IMG/VR virus record: IMGVR_UViG_3300032243_000035
Location: 1 to 34,361 of that record
Source: a virus
Strand: one strand, 5' to 3'
Length of the DNA: 34,361 nucleotides
Shown here: positions 8,611 to 14,519 of the stretch, piece after piece
How positions within the stretch are numbered: position 1 is the stretch's first letter
Layout: every line of letters starts with the position of its first letter
The notes under the pieces: generated by a model
What the model saw: the letters and a program-made list of their open reading frames with translations, nothing else
The model's database searches: none
What the model was told of the DNA's origin: nothing
Translations under genes and position numbers: made by a program

Positions 8611-8850
8611 TCAAAATGGATTTCTGTCATCCATGTCATCAAAACCAGCTTTGCGCGGCTTTTCTTCTAGCTCGTAGCAATTAGCCCAGCCATTCCAACC
8701 ACCATCCACCAAAGGTATAGTGTCTAACTTGATTTTTAGGTTATCGCCATCTTCAAACAAGCTGCCAATGGTTTGGTAACGCTTCTTTTCTTGAGCATCT
8801 TTATTGATGTAAGTGCCTGTAATTACTACGATATTCTTGATTTTTCTCAT
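8611..8850 (-). CDS. Small protein with an SSB-like acidic C-terminal tail (79 aa). Putative ssDNA-binding or recombination accessory protein.
   Basis: Ends with FDDMDDRNPF, which resembles the bacterial SSB tip DDDIPF. Located directly downstream of the exonuclease/ERF pair. Confidence 0.4.
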   Translation of the reverse strand: MRKIKNIVVITGTYINKDAQEKKRYQTIGSLFEDGDNLKIKLDTIPLVDGGWNGWANCYELEEKPRKAGFDDMDDRNPF

Positions 8851-8851
8851 T

Positions 8852-9463
8852 TCATGCTTTCAGTTTGTTAAGTTTTTGGATTTTGTCTTCTACATCCATC
8901 AAAAAGTTAATTACCTCTTTTTCAAGCTCGGCAACATATAGCGTGTGGTATTCCACTCTTTTGATGAATAGCTGTAGACCCTCTTCCATGCGCGGGTCAA
9001 ATGATGCAAAGTCGCACCATTGCCGACCAGTACACGCCATCTGCCATTGCATTTGAATGTTGTACTTGTCAGGCACTTTTTGGTCTAGCAAAGTCTGAAT
9101 GTGGGTTGCGGTGTTTGGACATTTAATCTCTACCAATCCAAACTCACCTACCAAACCATCAGGAGAAGCTCCAGCGCCCACAATATTTGGGTGGACTACA
9201 AAGCCCACTTCTTGCACCAAAACATTCTTTGCGGCCTCATATGCAGCTCGGGCAAATGGTTCTTGGTCGGTTCCCCATTGCATTGCAGCGTTTGAGTACG
9301 ATTCAGCAGGCTTTTGGGTCATGCGCTCACATACTAGTTGGGCTAAGTAGTTTTCCCTGCTAGCGCTGTAACCCGTCTTGGTTTTGGCAATAATGTCGGC
9401 TACACGGCTGGCGGTGACCTTACCGCACCTGGCGGCAAACCATTCTTCACTCCGTTGTTCCAT
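8852..9463 (-). CDS. YqaJ-type (lambda Exo-like) recombination exonuclease (203 aa).
   Basis: N-terminal QRSEEWFAARCGKVTASRVADI is the YqaJ signature. PD-(D/E)XK-like ...DG...VEIKCP motif. Confidence 0.85.
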   Translation of the reverse strand: MEQRSEEWFAARCGKVTASRVADIIAKTKTGYSASRENYLAQLVCERMTQKPAESYSNAAMQWGTDQEPFARAAYEAAKNVLVQEVGFVVHPNIVGAGASPDGLVGEFGLVEIKCPNTATHIQTLLDQKVPDKYNIQMQWQMACTGRQWCDFASFDPRMEEGLQLFIKRVEYHTLYVAELEKEVINFLMDVEDKIQKLNKLKA

Positions 9464-9668
9464 CTGTAACCTCCAAATTTGTTTGTTTCAAAAGAATAAA
9501 TGTGGCTATATCTAGCAAACTGGCGGCTTTGTAAGCGCGTTTACGCATATCAGCAGTGCGGTCAAACTCTTTAAAGTCTTTAACTACATATTCCAAATGT
9601 GCTTGCGTCATATCTTCCAAAGCGCGTTTGGCCATAACCAAGGTTTCTAAAGATATTTCGTGTTTCAT
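9447..9668 (-). CDS. Hypothetical protein (73 aa).
   Basis: ORF overlapping both neighbours (4 nt and 17 nt) in operon fashion. Confidence 0.5.
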   Translation of the reverse strand: MKHEISLETLVMAKRALEDMTQAHLEYVVKDFKEFDRTADMRKRAYKAASLLDIATFILLKQTNLEVTDGTTE

Positions 9669-10246
9669 TTGCCCTCCAACTTGGCTTTTTTTTCATCTTT
9701 ACGCGCAATAACTTGTTTTTGCCAAGCGGGTTCAGCATTGGCGGCGGCATATGCGGCTTTGTAGGCTTTTTGCAAATCTTCCAAGCTGTTGCATTCGTCC
9801 ATAGCAGCCAGTAAGTCAGCTATCTTGTGTTCGTCAACAGTAGACTTAACTTCTGTGCGGCGGCTGGCAGCTACACCGTCATCGTCTTCTGGGGCAAGGC
9901 CAGTGGCGGTCAAAATGCTATACCTCCGAGCATAGGTCAAGGCCGAGCCAAAACCCATTGCATCCATTTTGCTAGCAGGCACATGAAGCATTCCGCACTC
10001 CATAACCTCGCCTGATTCGTGAACAAAAATGGTTTCCAGCAAAACGCCATCTTTGCATTCGTAAGTACGCTGCATTAAGCCAATACCAGCAAGATTTAAA
10101 GCGCCAATAACAGCTTCTATGCAAGAAGCCAAATCAGCGTATTTGCTGCGAAAATGCGGGTTTGTGGATGTTTTTAGAGCTGGGCCAAATTGGCTTTGTG
10201 CTTTGACAAAAGCTGCGGCAATTTTGGGTCCGATTGGTGTTTCCAT
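9665..10246 (-). CDS. erf: ERF-family single-strand annealing protein (193 aa).
   Basis: NPHFRSKYADLASCIEAV...LTYARRYSI matches ERF family core motifs. Adjacent to the exonuclease gene. Confidence 0.8.
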   Translation of the reverse strand: METPIGPKIAAAFVKAQSQFGPALKTSTNPHFRSKYADLASCIEAVIGALNLAGIGLMQRTYECKDGVLLETIFVHESGEVMECGMLHVPASKMDAMGFGSALTYARRYSILTATGLAPEDDDGVAASRRTEVKSTVDEHKIADLLAAMDECNSLEDLQKAYKAAYAAANAEPAWQKQVIARKDEKKAKLEGK

Positions 10247-10255
10247 GATTGTTCC

Positions 10256-10498
10256 TTAACGTGATAAATTTAAACCAGTGACTTTGATAACAATATGATG
10301 GTCTGATTCGCCTTCGATTTCTTTGACGCATTCCAAAAGGTAGTTGTACTCAGCTTTTGTCAGGTCATAGGTAATTTCTTGGCCTTCAAAGGTGACGGTC
10401 ATATCCCAATCACCAGTTGATTCCCAATCGTCAGGTTCAATGTATTCATATTCCACATTGACTTCGCCGTATTTGCTTAACCATTCGTTGAACATCAT
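10256..10498 (-). CDS. Acidic hypothetical protein (80 aa from MMFNEW).
   Basis: ATGA overlap with the upstream peptide ORF. The ORF-track start is a TTG 9 nt further upstream. Confidence 0.5.
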   Translation of the reverse strand: MMFNEWLSKYGEVNVEYEYIEPDDWESTGDWDMTVTFEGQEITYDLTKAEYNYLLECVKEIEGESDHHIVIKVTGLNLSR

Positions 10499-10611
10499 GC
10501 TCTCCAAACAAAAAGGTCAAGGGCAACCACTACAAAAGCAATGATGGCAACAATGTAAACAGCAATTGTTGTCCAGTCGGTGGGTTTGGTGTATTTTTCA
10601 ATTTCAAACAT
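10495..10611 (-). CDS. First leftward gene: single-TM peptide (38 aa: MFEIEKYTKPTDWTTIAVYIVAIIAFVVVALDLFVWRA). Not in the ORF track.
   Basis: AAGGAA lies 6 nt upstream of the ATG at 10611. Contains a hydrophobic helix. Confidence 0.45.
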   Translation of the reverse strand: MFEIEKYTKPTDWTTIAVYIVAIIAFVVVALDLFVWRA

Positions 10612-10653
10612 TTAGATTCCTTAAAGTACAGCTTGCGTTGCGCTACTGCATGG

Positions 10654-10757
10654 GCTTAATTATTAACCTTGCTTAACTTAATTGCAAGCACTTTGTTTAA
10701 TGTCCGACTATTTTGTGGGGGTTTTGATGTTTAGCTAGCTTAACTTAGAATTAAGCT
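10654..10757. promoter_or_regulatory. Divergent early control region with three GCTTAA-containing palindromic operator-like sites and candidate back-to-back promoters.
   Basis: Operator-like sites:
- TTAATTATTAA, a perfect palindrome (10656-10666)
- CTTGC-N11-GCAAG (10669-10689)
- AGCTTAA-N7-TTAAGCT (10737-10757), abutting the cro-like ATG

Candidate promoters:
- Leftward: TTGCAA (10687-10682), 17 nt spacer, AATAAT (10664-10659)
- Rightward: TTAACT (10673-10678), 17 nt spacer, TTTAAT (10696-10701). Confidence 0.4.
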
Positions 10758-10916
10758 ATGACTAAATCAGAATTGATACGACTTGCAGGCTCAGGGCGTG
10801 AGCTTGCCAAAATATTAGGTGTTTCTTATCCAGCGGTTAGCCAGTGGAAAGAGCAAATTCCTGAGTTGCGTTTGCGCCAGCTAAAGGACTTGAAACCTGA
10901 GTGGTTTGTGGTGTAA
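10758..10916 (+). CDS. Cro/YdaS-like HTH regulator (52 aa). Not in the ORF track.
   Basis: MTKSELIRLAGSGRELAKILGVSYPAVSQWKEQIP matches the Cro/YdaS HTH pattern (LGVS..aVSqW). First gene of the rightward operon. The RBS is weak or absent. Confidence 0.6.
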   Translation: MTKSELIRLAGSGRELAKILGVSYPAVSQWKEQIPELRLRQLKDLKPEWFVV

Positions 10917-10936
10917 GATTGTTTGAAACGCGGCTA

Positions 10937-10958
10937 GGCAAGGATTGATCCCCTTGCC
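10937..10958 (+). other. Hairpin GGCAAGG-N8-CCTTGCC in the leader between the cro-like and replication genes.
   Basis: 7-bp perfect stem with no U-run. Followed by the direct repeat TTTAGGGTGGAA / TTTAGGGCGTGGGAA (10993-11020). Confidence 0.3.
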
Positions 10959-11020
10959 GAAAAGAGAACCCACCCCTCCTGCCGAGGTTTCTTTTAGGGT
11001 GGAACTTTAGGGCGTGGGAA

Positions 11021-11770
11021 ATGCACTTTTACCAATTTCATATTGGCGATTACAAATCGCATACACATCATCTTTCGTTGATAGAAGATTTGGCTTTTCG
11101 CCGACTTCTTGACCATTACTATTTGCATGAAGTACCCATAAAACAACGTGACATTGCCCGTCAAATTGGTATGCGGGATAACGAACAAGAGGTTTTGGCG
11201 GTGCTTAACGAATTCTTTGTTTCTACTGAAAAAGGCTTTGTAAACCCACGTTCCGATGAAGAAATTGCTAAATATCGCAAGTTTTCTGAGGATGGTAAAA
11301 AGGGGGCGGCAAAGCGTTGGCATAAGGATACTAATGGGGAGGCTAATAGCCCCCCTAATGCCACCCCTATAGCAACCAATAACCATAAACCAATAACCAA
11401 TAACCATATTAAAGAATCTAAAGATTCTTTGTCGGCAGGGTTGCCGACTTGCCCACAAAATGCAATTCTTGAGCTTTGGAAAAAGCATTTGCCCAATTTA
11501 CCGCAACCACGGGTATGGGATGGTTCTAGGCAACAAGCATTAAGGGCTAGATGGGCGCAAGCTGCTAAACCTTCTTCCTTCAGCGTGGAGGGATATACCA
11601 CTCAAGAGGATGGTTTGGCATGGTGGGATTCCTTTTTTGCTTACATTGCCAACGATACCAAGCTGGCGCAGGGGTTTGAAACCAAGGACAGGACATGGCG
11701 ACCTGATCTTGTGTGGGTTGTGAATGCAACAAATTTTGCCAAAATTATTGATGGAAAGTACCAAAAATGA
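11021..11770 (+). CDS. DUF1376 (YdaU-like) replication/primosome protein (249 aa).
   Basis: N-terminal MHFYQFHIGDYKSHTHHLSLIEDLAFRRLLDHYY is the DUF1376 signature. A C-terminal W-rich domain follows a low-complexity linker. Confidence 0.8.
   Translation: MHFYQFHIGDYKSHTHHLSLIEDLAFRRLLDHYYLHEVPIKQRDIARQIGMRDNEQEVLAVLNEFFVSTEKGFVNPRSDEEIAKYRKFSEDGKKGAAKRWHKDTNGEANSPPNATPIATNNHKPITNNHIKESKDSLSAGLPTCPQNAILELWKKHLPNLPQPRVWDGSRQQALRARWAQAAKPSSFSVEGYTTQEDGLAWWDSFFAYIANDTKLAQGFETKDRTWRPDLVWVVNATNFAKIIDGKYQK
11376..11430. repeat. Five tandem 7-mers followed by an 8-bp inverted repeat (AAAGAATC-TAAA-GATTCTTT) inside the linker of the replication gene. Candidate origin.
   Basis: The 7-mers are CCAATAA, CCATAAA, CCAATAA, CCAATAA and CCATATT, read directly from 11376-11410. 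The palindrome spans 11411-11430. Confidence 0.4.
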
Positions 11771-12000
11771 GCTTTGCTAAACCTGAAGTTAAAAAAGAAG
11801 ACAATTTTGACCCGATACAAAAGTTAATGTGTTCTGTGCCTGGCTGCCCCAACCGCTGGTCAGTCCATTTGGATGGAGATAAACCAAAATGTTCTAAGCA
11901 CCAATGGCAAAAAGAGGATTACAAAATGCCCGATTTAAAAGAAGTTTTTAAGAATGCTCGTCCTGTCAAACATTGGCAGGATGATGAGGAGGTGTTTTGA
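11767..12000 (+). CDS. Hypothetical protein with a Zn-ribbon-like CxxC...CxxH motif (77 aa).
   Basis: ATGA overlap with the upstream gene. Motif reads CSVPGCPNRW...KPKCSKHQW. Confidence 0.55.
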   Translation: MSFAKPEVKKEDNFDPIQKLMCSVPGCPNRWSVHLDGDKPKCSKHQWQKEDYKMPDLKEVFKNARPVKHWQDDEEVF

Positions 12001-12809
12001 ATGAGCTGGCTCTTTTCGCAGGCGCTGGTGGAGGAATACTTGGGGGAAAACTCCTTGGATGGCGAACAGTCTGCGCCGTTGAGTGGGAACCCTACCCAGC
12101 TAGCGTATTGTGCGCCCGACAAAATGACGGCCTTCTCCCGCCTTTCCCGATTTGGGATGACGTACAAACCTTTGACGGAAAGCCTTGGGCAGGAATTGTT
12201 GACGTTGTTTCGGGAGGATTTCCATGCCAAGACATCAGCATCGCAGGAAAAGGGGCAGGACTTGACGGAGAAAGTTCCTCAATGTGGTATCACATGGCGC
12301 GGGTGGTTAGCGAAGTTCGACCCCGATTCGTATTTGTGGAAAATAGCCCAATGCTCATTCATAGAGGAATCGGGCGAGTGCTTGGAGACCTTTCCTGTCT
12401 CGGGTATGACTCGCGATGGACTGTTATGGGAGCTTATGACGTTGGAGCGCCGCACCAAAGGGATAGAACGTGGATTATGGCGCACACCCGACACTGGGGG
12501 GGGGGGACATCAGGTCTGCACAAACAAGGCCAAAATCATCGAAAGAATGGTCAACCAATCCAAATCAGATTGGTCGACCAAGTGAACAATCCAAGACTTT
12601 GGCCAACGCCGGTACAGCGGATGTACAAAGACAACGGAAGTCCCTCGGAATACGCAAGGAACGAGATACCCCTAGCGGCACAGGTTGGTGGGCCATTGAA
12701 CCCCGATTGGGTCGAGTGGCTGATGGGGTGGCCGCCAGGGTGGACAGACTTAAGGCCATTGGAAATGGACAGGTATCAAGAGTGGCTGCAACAGCATGGA
12801 GAATCCTAA
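11997..12809 (+). CDS. DNA (cytosine-5) methyltransferase as sequenced (frame 0, 270 aa). The catalytic N-terminal half is joined to a WPTP/MGWPPGWT-type C-terminus and lacks motif X in this frame.
   Basis: Motifs:
- I: LFAGAGGG
- IV: GGFPCQDIS (Cys codon at 12225-12227)
- VI: FVENSP
- VIII: APHQRDRTW

The TTG start overlaps the upstream stop (TTGA). The ORF reads through the G11 tract as WGGGT. Confidence 0.8.
   Translation: MNELALFAGAGGGILGGKLLGWRTVCAVEWEPYPASVLCARQNDGLLPPFPIWDDVQTFDGKPWAGIVDVVSGGFPCQDISIAGKGAGLDGESSSMWYHMARVVSEVRPRFVFVENSPMLIHRGIGRVLGDLSCLGYDSRWTVMGAYDVGAPHQRDRTWIMAHTRHWGGGTSGLHKQGQNHRKNGQPIQIRLVDQVNNPRLWPTPVQRMYKDNGSPSEYARNEIPLAAQVGGPLNPDWVEWLMGWPPGWTDLRPLEMDRYQEWLQQHGES
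12001..12585 (+). CDS. Overlapping frame-1 ORF (194 aa as sequenced). Its protein-like N-terminal half would be completed by the frame-0 C-terminus after a -1 shift at the G tract.
   Basis: The ATG lies 8 nt after GAGGAGG, the best RBS geometry at this locus. There are 194 stop-free codons in the +1 frame of the methylase. The sequence (MSWLFSQALVEEY...SRLSRFGMTYKPLTES...LWRTPDTGGGG) has balanced composition. It resembles, from memory, stand-alone WPTP-type proteins. Confidence 0.5.
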   Translation: MSWLFSQALVEEYLGENSLDGEQSAPLSGNPTQLAYCAPDKMTAFSRLSRFGMTYKPLTESLGQELLTLFREDFHAKTSASQEKGQDLTEKVPQCGITWRGWLAKFDPDSYLWKIAQCSFIEESGECLETFPVSGMTRDGLLWELMTLERRTKGIERGLWRTPDTGGGGHQVCTNKAKIIERMVNQSKSDWSTK

Positions 12810-12817
12810 GTGAATAA
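12470..12817 (+). CDS. Frame-2 segment encoding the canonical C-terminus of a phage-type C5 methyltransferase (motif X). It is reachable from frame 0 only by a -1 shift or an extra G in the tract.
   Basis: WWAIEPRLGRVADGVAARVDRLKAIGNGQVSRVAATAWRIL matches the EP..GRVA.G...RVDRLK.lGN..VP ending typical of phage C5-MTases. No credible independent start. Confidence 0.6.
   Translation: MDYGAHPTLGGGDIRSAQTRPKSSKEWSTNPNQIGRPSEQSKTLANAGTADVQRQRKSLGIRKERDTPSGTGWWAIEPRLGRVADGVAARVDRLKAIGNGQVSRVAATAWRILSE
12496..12506. repeat. G11 homopolymer at the point where reading-frame content switches.
   Basis: Counted directly: acactGGGGGGGGGGGacat. Confidence 0.95.
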
Positions 12818-13046
12818 AAATGAAGCAAACAGACTTCTTGACAAACACAAAGAAACACGTCAACTTAGCTACGCTGACACCACAGCAGCGCTTAGAGCTA
12901 CTGGAGACTATGAAGACGATGGAGGCGCGGGAATGGATAAAGAGATACCGCAAGAAAGTGAAAGACCTTGGGAAAATGAATGCTTCCGGTTGGTTGTCGC
13001 AAGTCTTGTTAGACATCGAGAAAAAGCGTGGGTTAACCGCCGCTAA
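12810..13046 (+). CDS. Small ORF (78 aa, GTG start) in frame 0, immediately after the frame-0 stop.
   Basis: GGAG lies 8 nt upstream of the GTG. The N-terminus NEANRLLDKHKE..LSYADTTAALRATGD resembles, from memory, a common small phage protein ending in ...AL..TGD. It overlaps 12820-13089 almost completely. Confidence 0.35.
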   Translation: MNKNEANRLLDKHKETRQLSYADTTAALRATGDYEDDGGAGMDKEIPQESERPWENECFRLVVASLVRHREKAWVNRR

Positions 13047-13089
13047 TGATTTACGCAGGAGGATGAATGAGATACGCAGCTCGGACTGA
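12820..13089 (+). CDS. Small ORF (89 aa, ATG) in frame 1, starting 2 nt after the frame-2 stop.
   Basis: AREWIKRYRKK...GWLSQVLLDIEKKRGLTAANDLRRRMNE resembles, from memory, a conserved small prophage protein family. No SD is present, so coupling is likely. Overlaps the next gene by 23 nt. Confidence 0.5.
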   Translation: MKQTDFLTNTKKHVNLATLTPQQRLELLETMKTMEAREWIKRYRKKVKDLGKMNASGWLSQVLLDIEKKRGLTAANDLRRRMNEIRSSD

Positions 13090-13333
13090 CGAAAACCAAG
13101 CCGCCATAGTTAAGGCTTTGCGGGATGCTGGCGCTTATGTGTGGATCATTGGCTTACCAGTTGACCTTTTGGTGGGGTATGGCAACCACACATTCTTGGT
13201 GGAAATTAAAAGTACCTCTAAAAAGCGTTTAACAGCCCTACAAGCCGACTTTTTTGAAAGTTGGTGCGGAGGTACATTGGCTAGGATTGACAGCCCTGAA
13301 GCGGCTTTAAGAATGATTGGAGTAGTTAAATGA
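13067..13333 (+). CDS. Small PD-(D/E)XK nuclease (VRR-NUC/Holliday-junction-resolvase-like, 88 aa).
   Basis: RTDENQAAIVKALRDAG...GLPVDLLVGYGNHTFLVEIKS...LTALQADFFESW fits the D...(E)xK nuclease pattern. AGGAGG upstream. Confidence 0.6.
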   Translation: MRYAARTDENQAAIVKALRDAGAYVWIIGLPVDLLVGYGNHTFLVEIKSTSKKRLTALQADFFESWCGGTLARIDSPEAALRMIGVVK

Positions 13334-13659
13334 AACCTGAAGAAGCAGCACAGCAAATCAGAGACAAAGCGCCAGCTTATGGCGAAGCTAAAGCCCAGCG
13401 GGTTTACCTTGAGGAATTCCGCAAAAGTCAAAAAGCGTTGTTGATGCGTGATGCCCTAAGTATGGGATTTGAAGCCGCTAATGCCCAAGAACGCGAAGCC
13501 TATGCCGACCCTGCTTACCAAAAGTTACTAAAGGGCTTGGCCGCTGCAATTGAGCAAGAAGAAACTTTGAAATGGGAAATAGAGGCTGCCAGGTTAGACA
13601 TTGAGATATGGCGCACCCGAGAAGCTACCAATCGTATGCAGGATAAGTCACATCAGTGA
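13330..13659 (+). CDS. Hypothetical coiled-coil protein (109 aa).
   Basis: ATGA overlap with the upstream gene. Helical, charged sequence. Confidence 0.55.
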   Translation: MKPEEAAQQIRDKAPAYGEAKAQRVYLEEFRKSQKALLMRDALSMGFEAANAQEREAYADPAYQKLLKGLAAAIEQEETLKWEIEAARLDIEIWRTREATNRMQDKSHQ

Positions 13660-13910
13660 ACAACAAACCCACAAAAAAAGAACGTGAGCATCTAGCCACA
13701 ATTAAGGAAATGCCTTGCGGCGTATGTGACGCGGCTGGCCCATCAGATGCCCACCACATTGTTCAGCATGAGCAATACCTTTGCATACCGCTATGCAAAG
13801 ACTGCCACCAAGGGTCGTTTAATGGCATCCACGGTCAAGCAAGGATTTGGAGTGTTTACAAAAAGACTGAAATGTCAGTCCTTAACGAAACCCTACGGAA
13901 CTTGCTTTAA
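13656..13910 (+). CDS. Ref-like/HNH-type nuclease (84 aa).
   Basis: CGVCDAAGPSDAHHI...IPLCKDCHQGSFNGIH shows Cys4 plus HH/H motifs, as in RecA-dependent (Ref family) nucleases. Confidence 0.55.
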   Translation: MNNKPTKKEREHLATIKEMPCGVCDAAGPSDAHHIVQHEQYLCIPLCKDCHQGSFNGIHGQARIWSVYKKTEMSVLNETLRNLL

Positions 13911-14128
13911 TATTTCCGCATATTAGGCAAAGGGGCAGTTTTTTGGTTGGCTTCATGTGAACGGCGCATGGGGTGAGCATGAGCCATATCAGTCTTTTCG
14001 TGCTTTTCTAGCTTTTTTTCTAGTGCAGCAATTTTGCGATTTTCTTTTTTGTACTCACGTTCAACAACGTATTCCTTAGCTTCTTGAGCTTTGGACTCGC
14101 CTTTTGTAAGTGTAAAGTTTGTAGCCAT
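13907..14128 (-). CDS. Hypothetical charged protein (73 aa), an isolated minus-strand gene.
   Basis: AAGGAAAAATT lies upstream of the ATG at 14128. Tail-to-tail overlap of 4 nt with the plus operon. Confidence 0.5.
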   Translation of the reverse strand: MATNFTLTKGESKAQEAKEYVVEREYKKENRKIAALEKKLEKHEKTDMAHAHPMRRSHEANQKTAPLPNMRKY

Positions 14129-14205
14129 AATTTTTCCTTAGATGAATTGTCATATTAAGACTTTAAGATTTTACTCGGCAATCGTGCCATAACAAGGGGT
14201 TTATT

Positions 14206-14472
14206 ATGTACAAGATTGAAATTAACATTGGTGAGCAAGCGTGGTCTGATGATTCATTGACTATTGAAACAAACGATTTTGACAAGATCGCTATTATTCA
14301 AGAATTCATCGAATTCCAAAAGATGTATGGTTGGGCTGTGGAGTATGACGTTACCGACGAATACGAATACTTGCAAGAAGACGACGAAGAAGAAGACGAA
14401 GAAGCTGAAGAAGTTGAAGTCGGCGAAGTCGTTGAAGACGAAGACGGTATAGTTTGGGAACGTGTGGCATAA
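14206..14472 (+). CDS. Highly acidic small protein (88 aa).
   Basis: AAGGGG RBS. The C-terminal half is D/E-rich (EDDEEEDEEAEEVEVGEVVEDEDG). Followed by its own terminator. Confidence 0.65.
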   Translation: MYKIEINIGEQAWSDDSLTIETNDFDKIAIIQEFIEFQKMYGWAVEYDVTDEYEYLQEDDEEEDEEAEEVEVGEVVEDEDGIVWERVA

Positions 14473-14492
14473 TATTTATGCAGTTGTCTGTA

Positions 14493-14519
14493 GGGGGGTC
14501 TTAGGACTCCCCTTTTTTT
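14493..14519 (+). terminator. Rho-independent terminator after the acidic-protein gene.
   Basis: GGGGGGTC-TTAG-GACTCCCC stem (one G-U pair) followed by TTTTTTT. Confidence 0.7.

Noticed and set aside
10994-11601. Minus-strand ORFs of 164 aa and 146 aa opposite the DUF1376 gene.
   Set aside because: They are antisense shadows of a gene with a clear family signature. They would also have to be transcribed against the rightward operon.
11919-13016. Minus-strand ORFs (11919-12230, 12279-12494, 12565-12858, 12750-13016) across the methylase locus.
   Set aside because: No motifs or RBSs were recognised, and the local composition is poor in stop codons. They do show that long open frames here are partly compositional. 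I therefore weight the motif content of the forward frames more than their mere openness.
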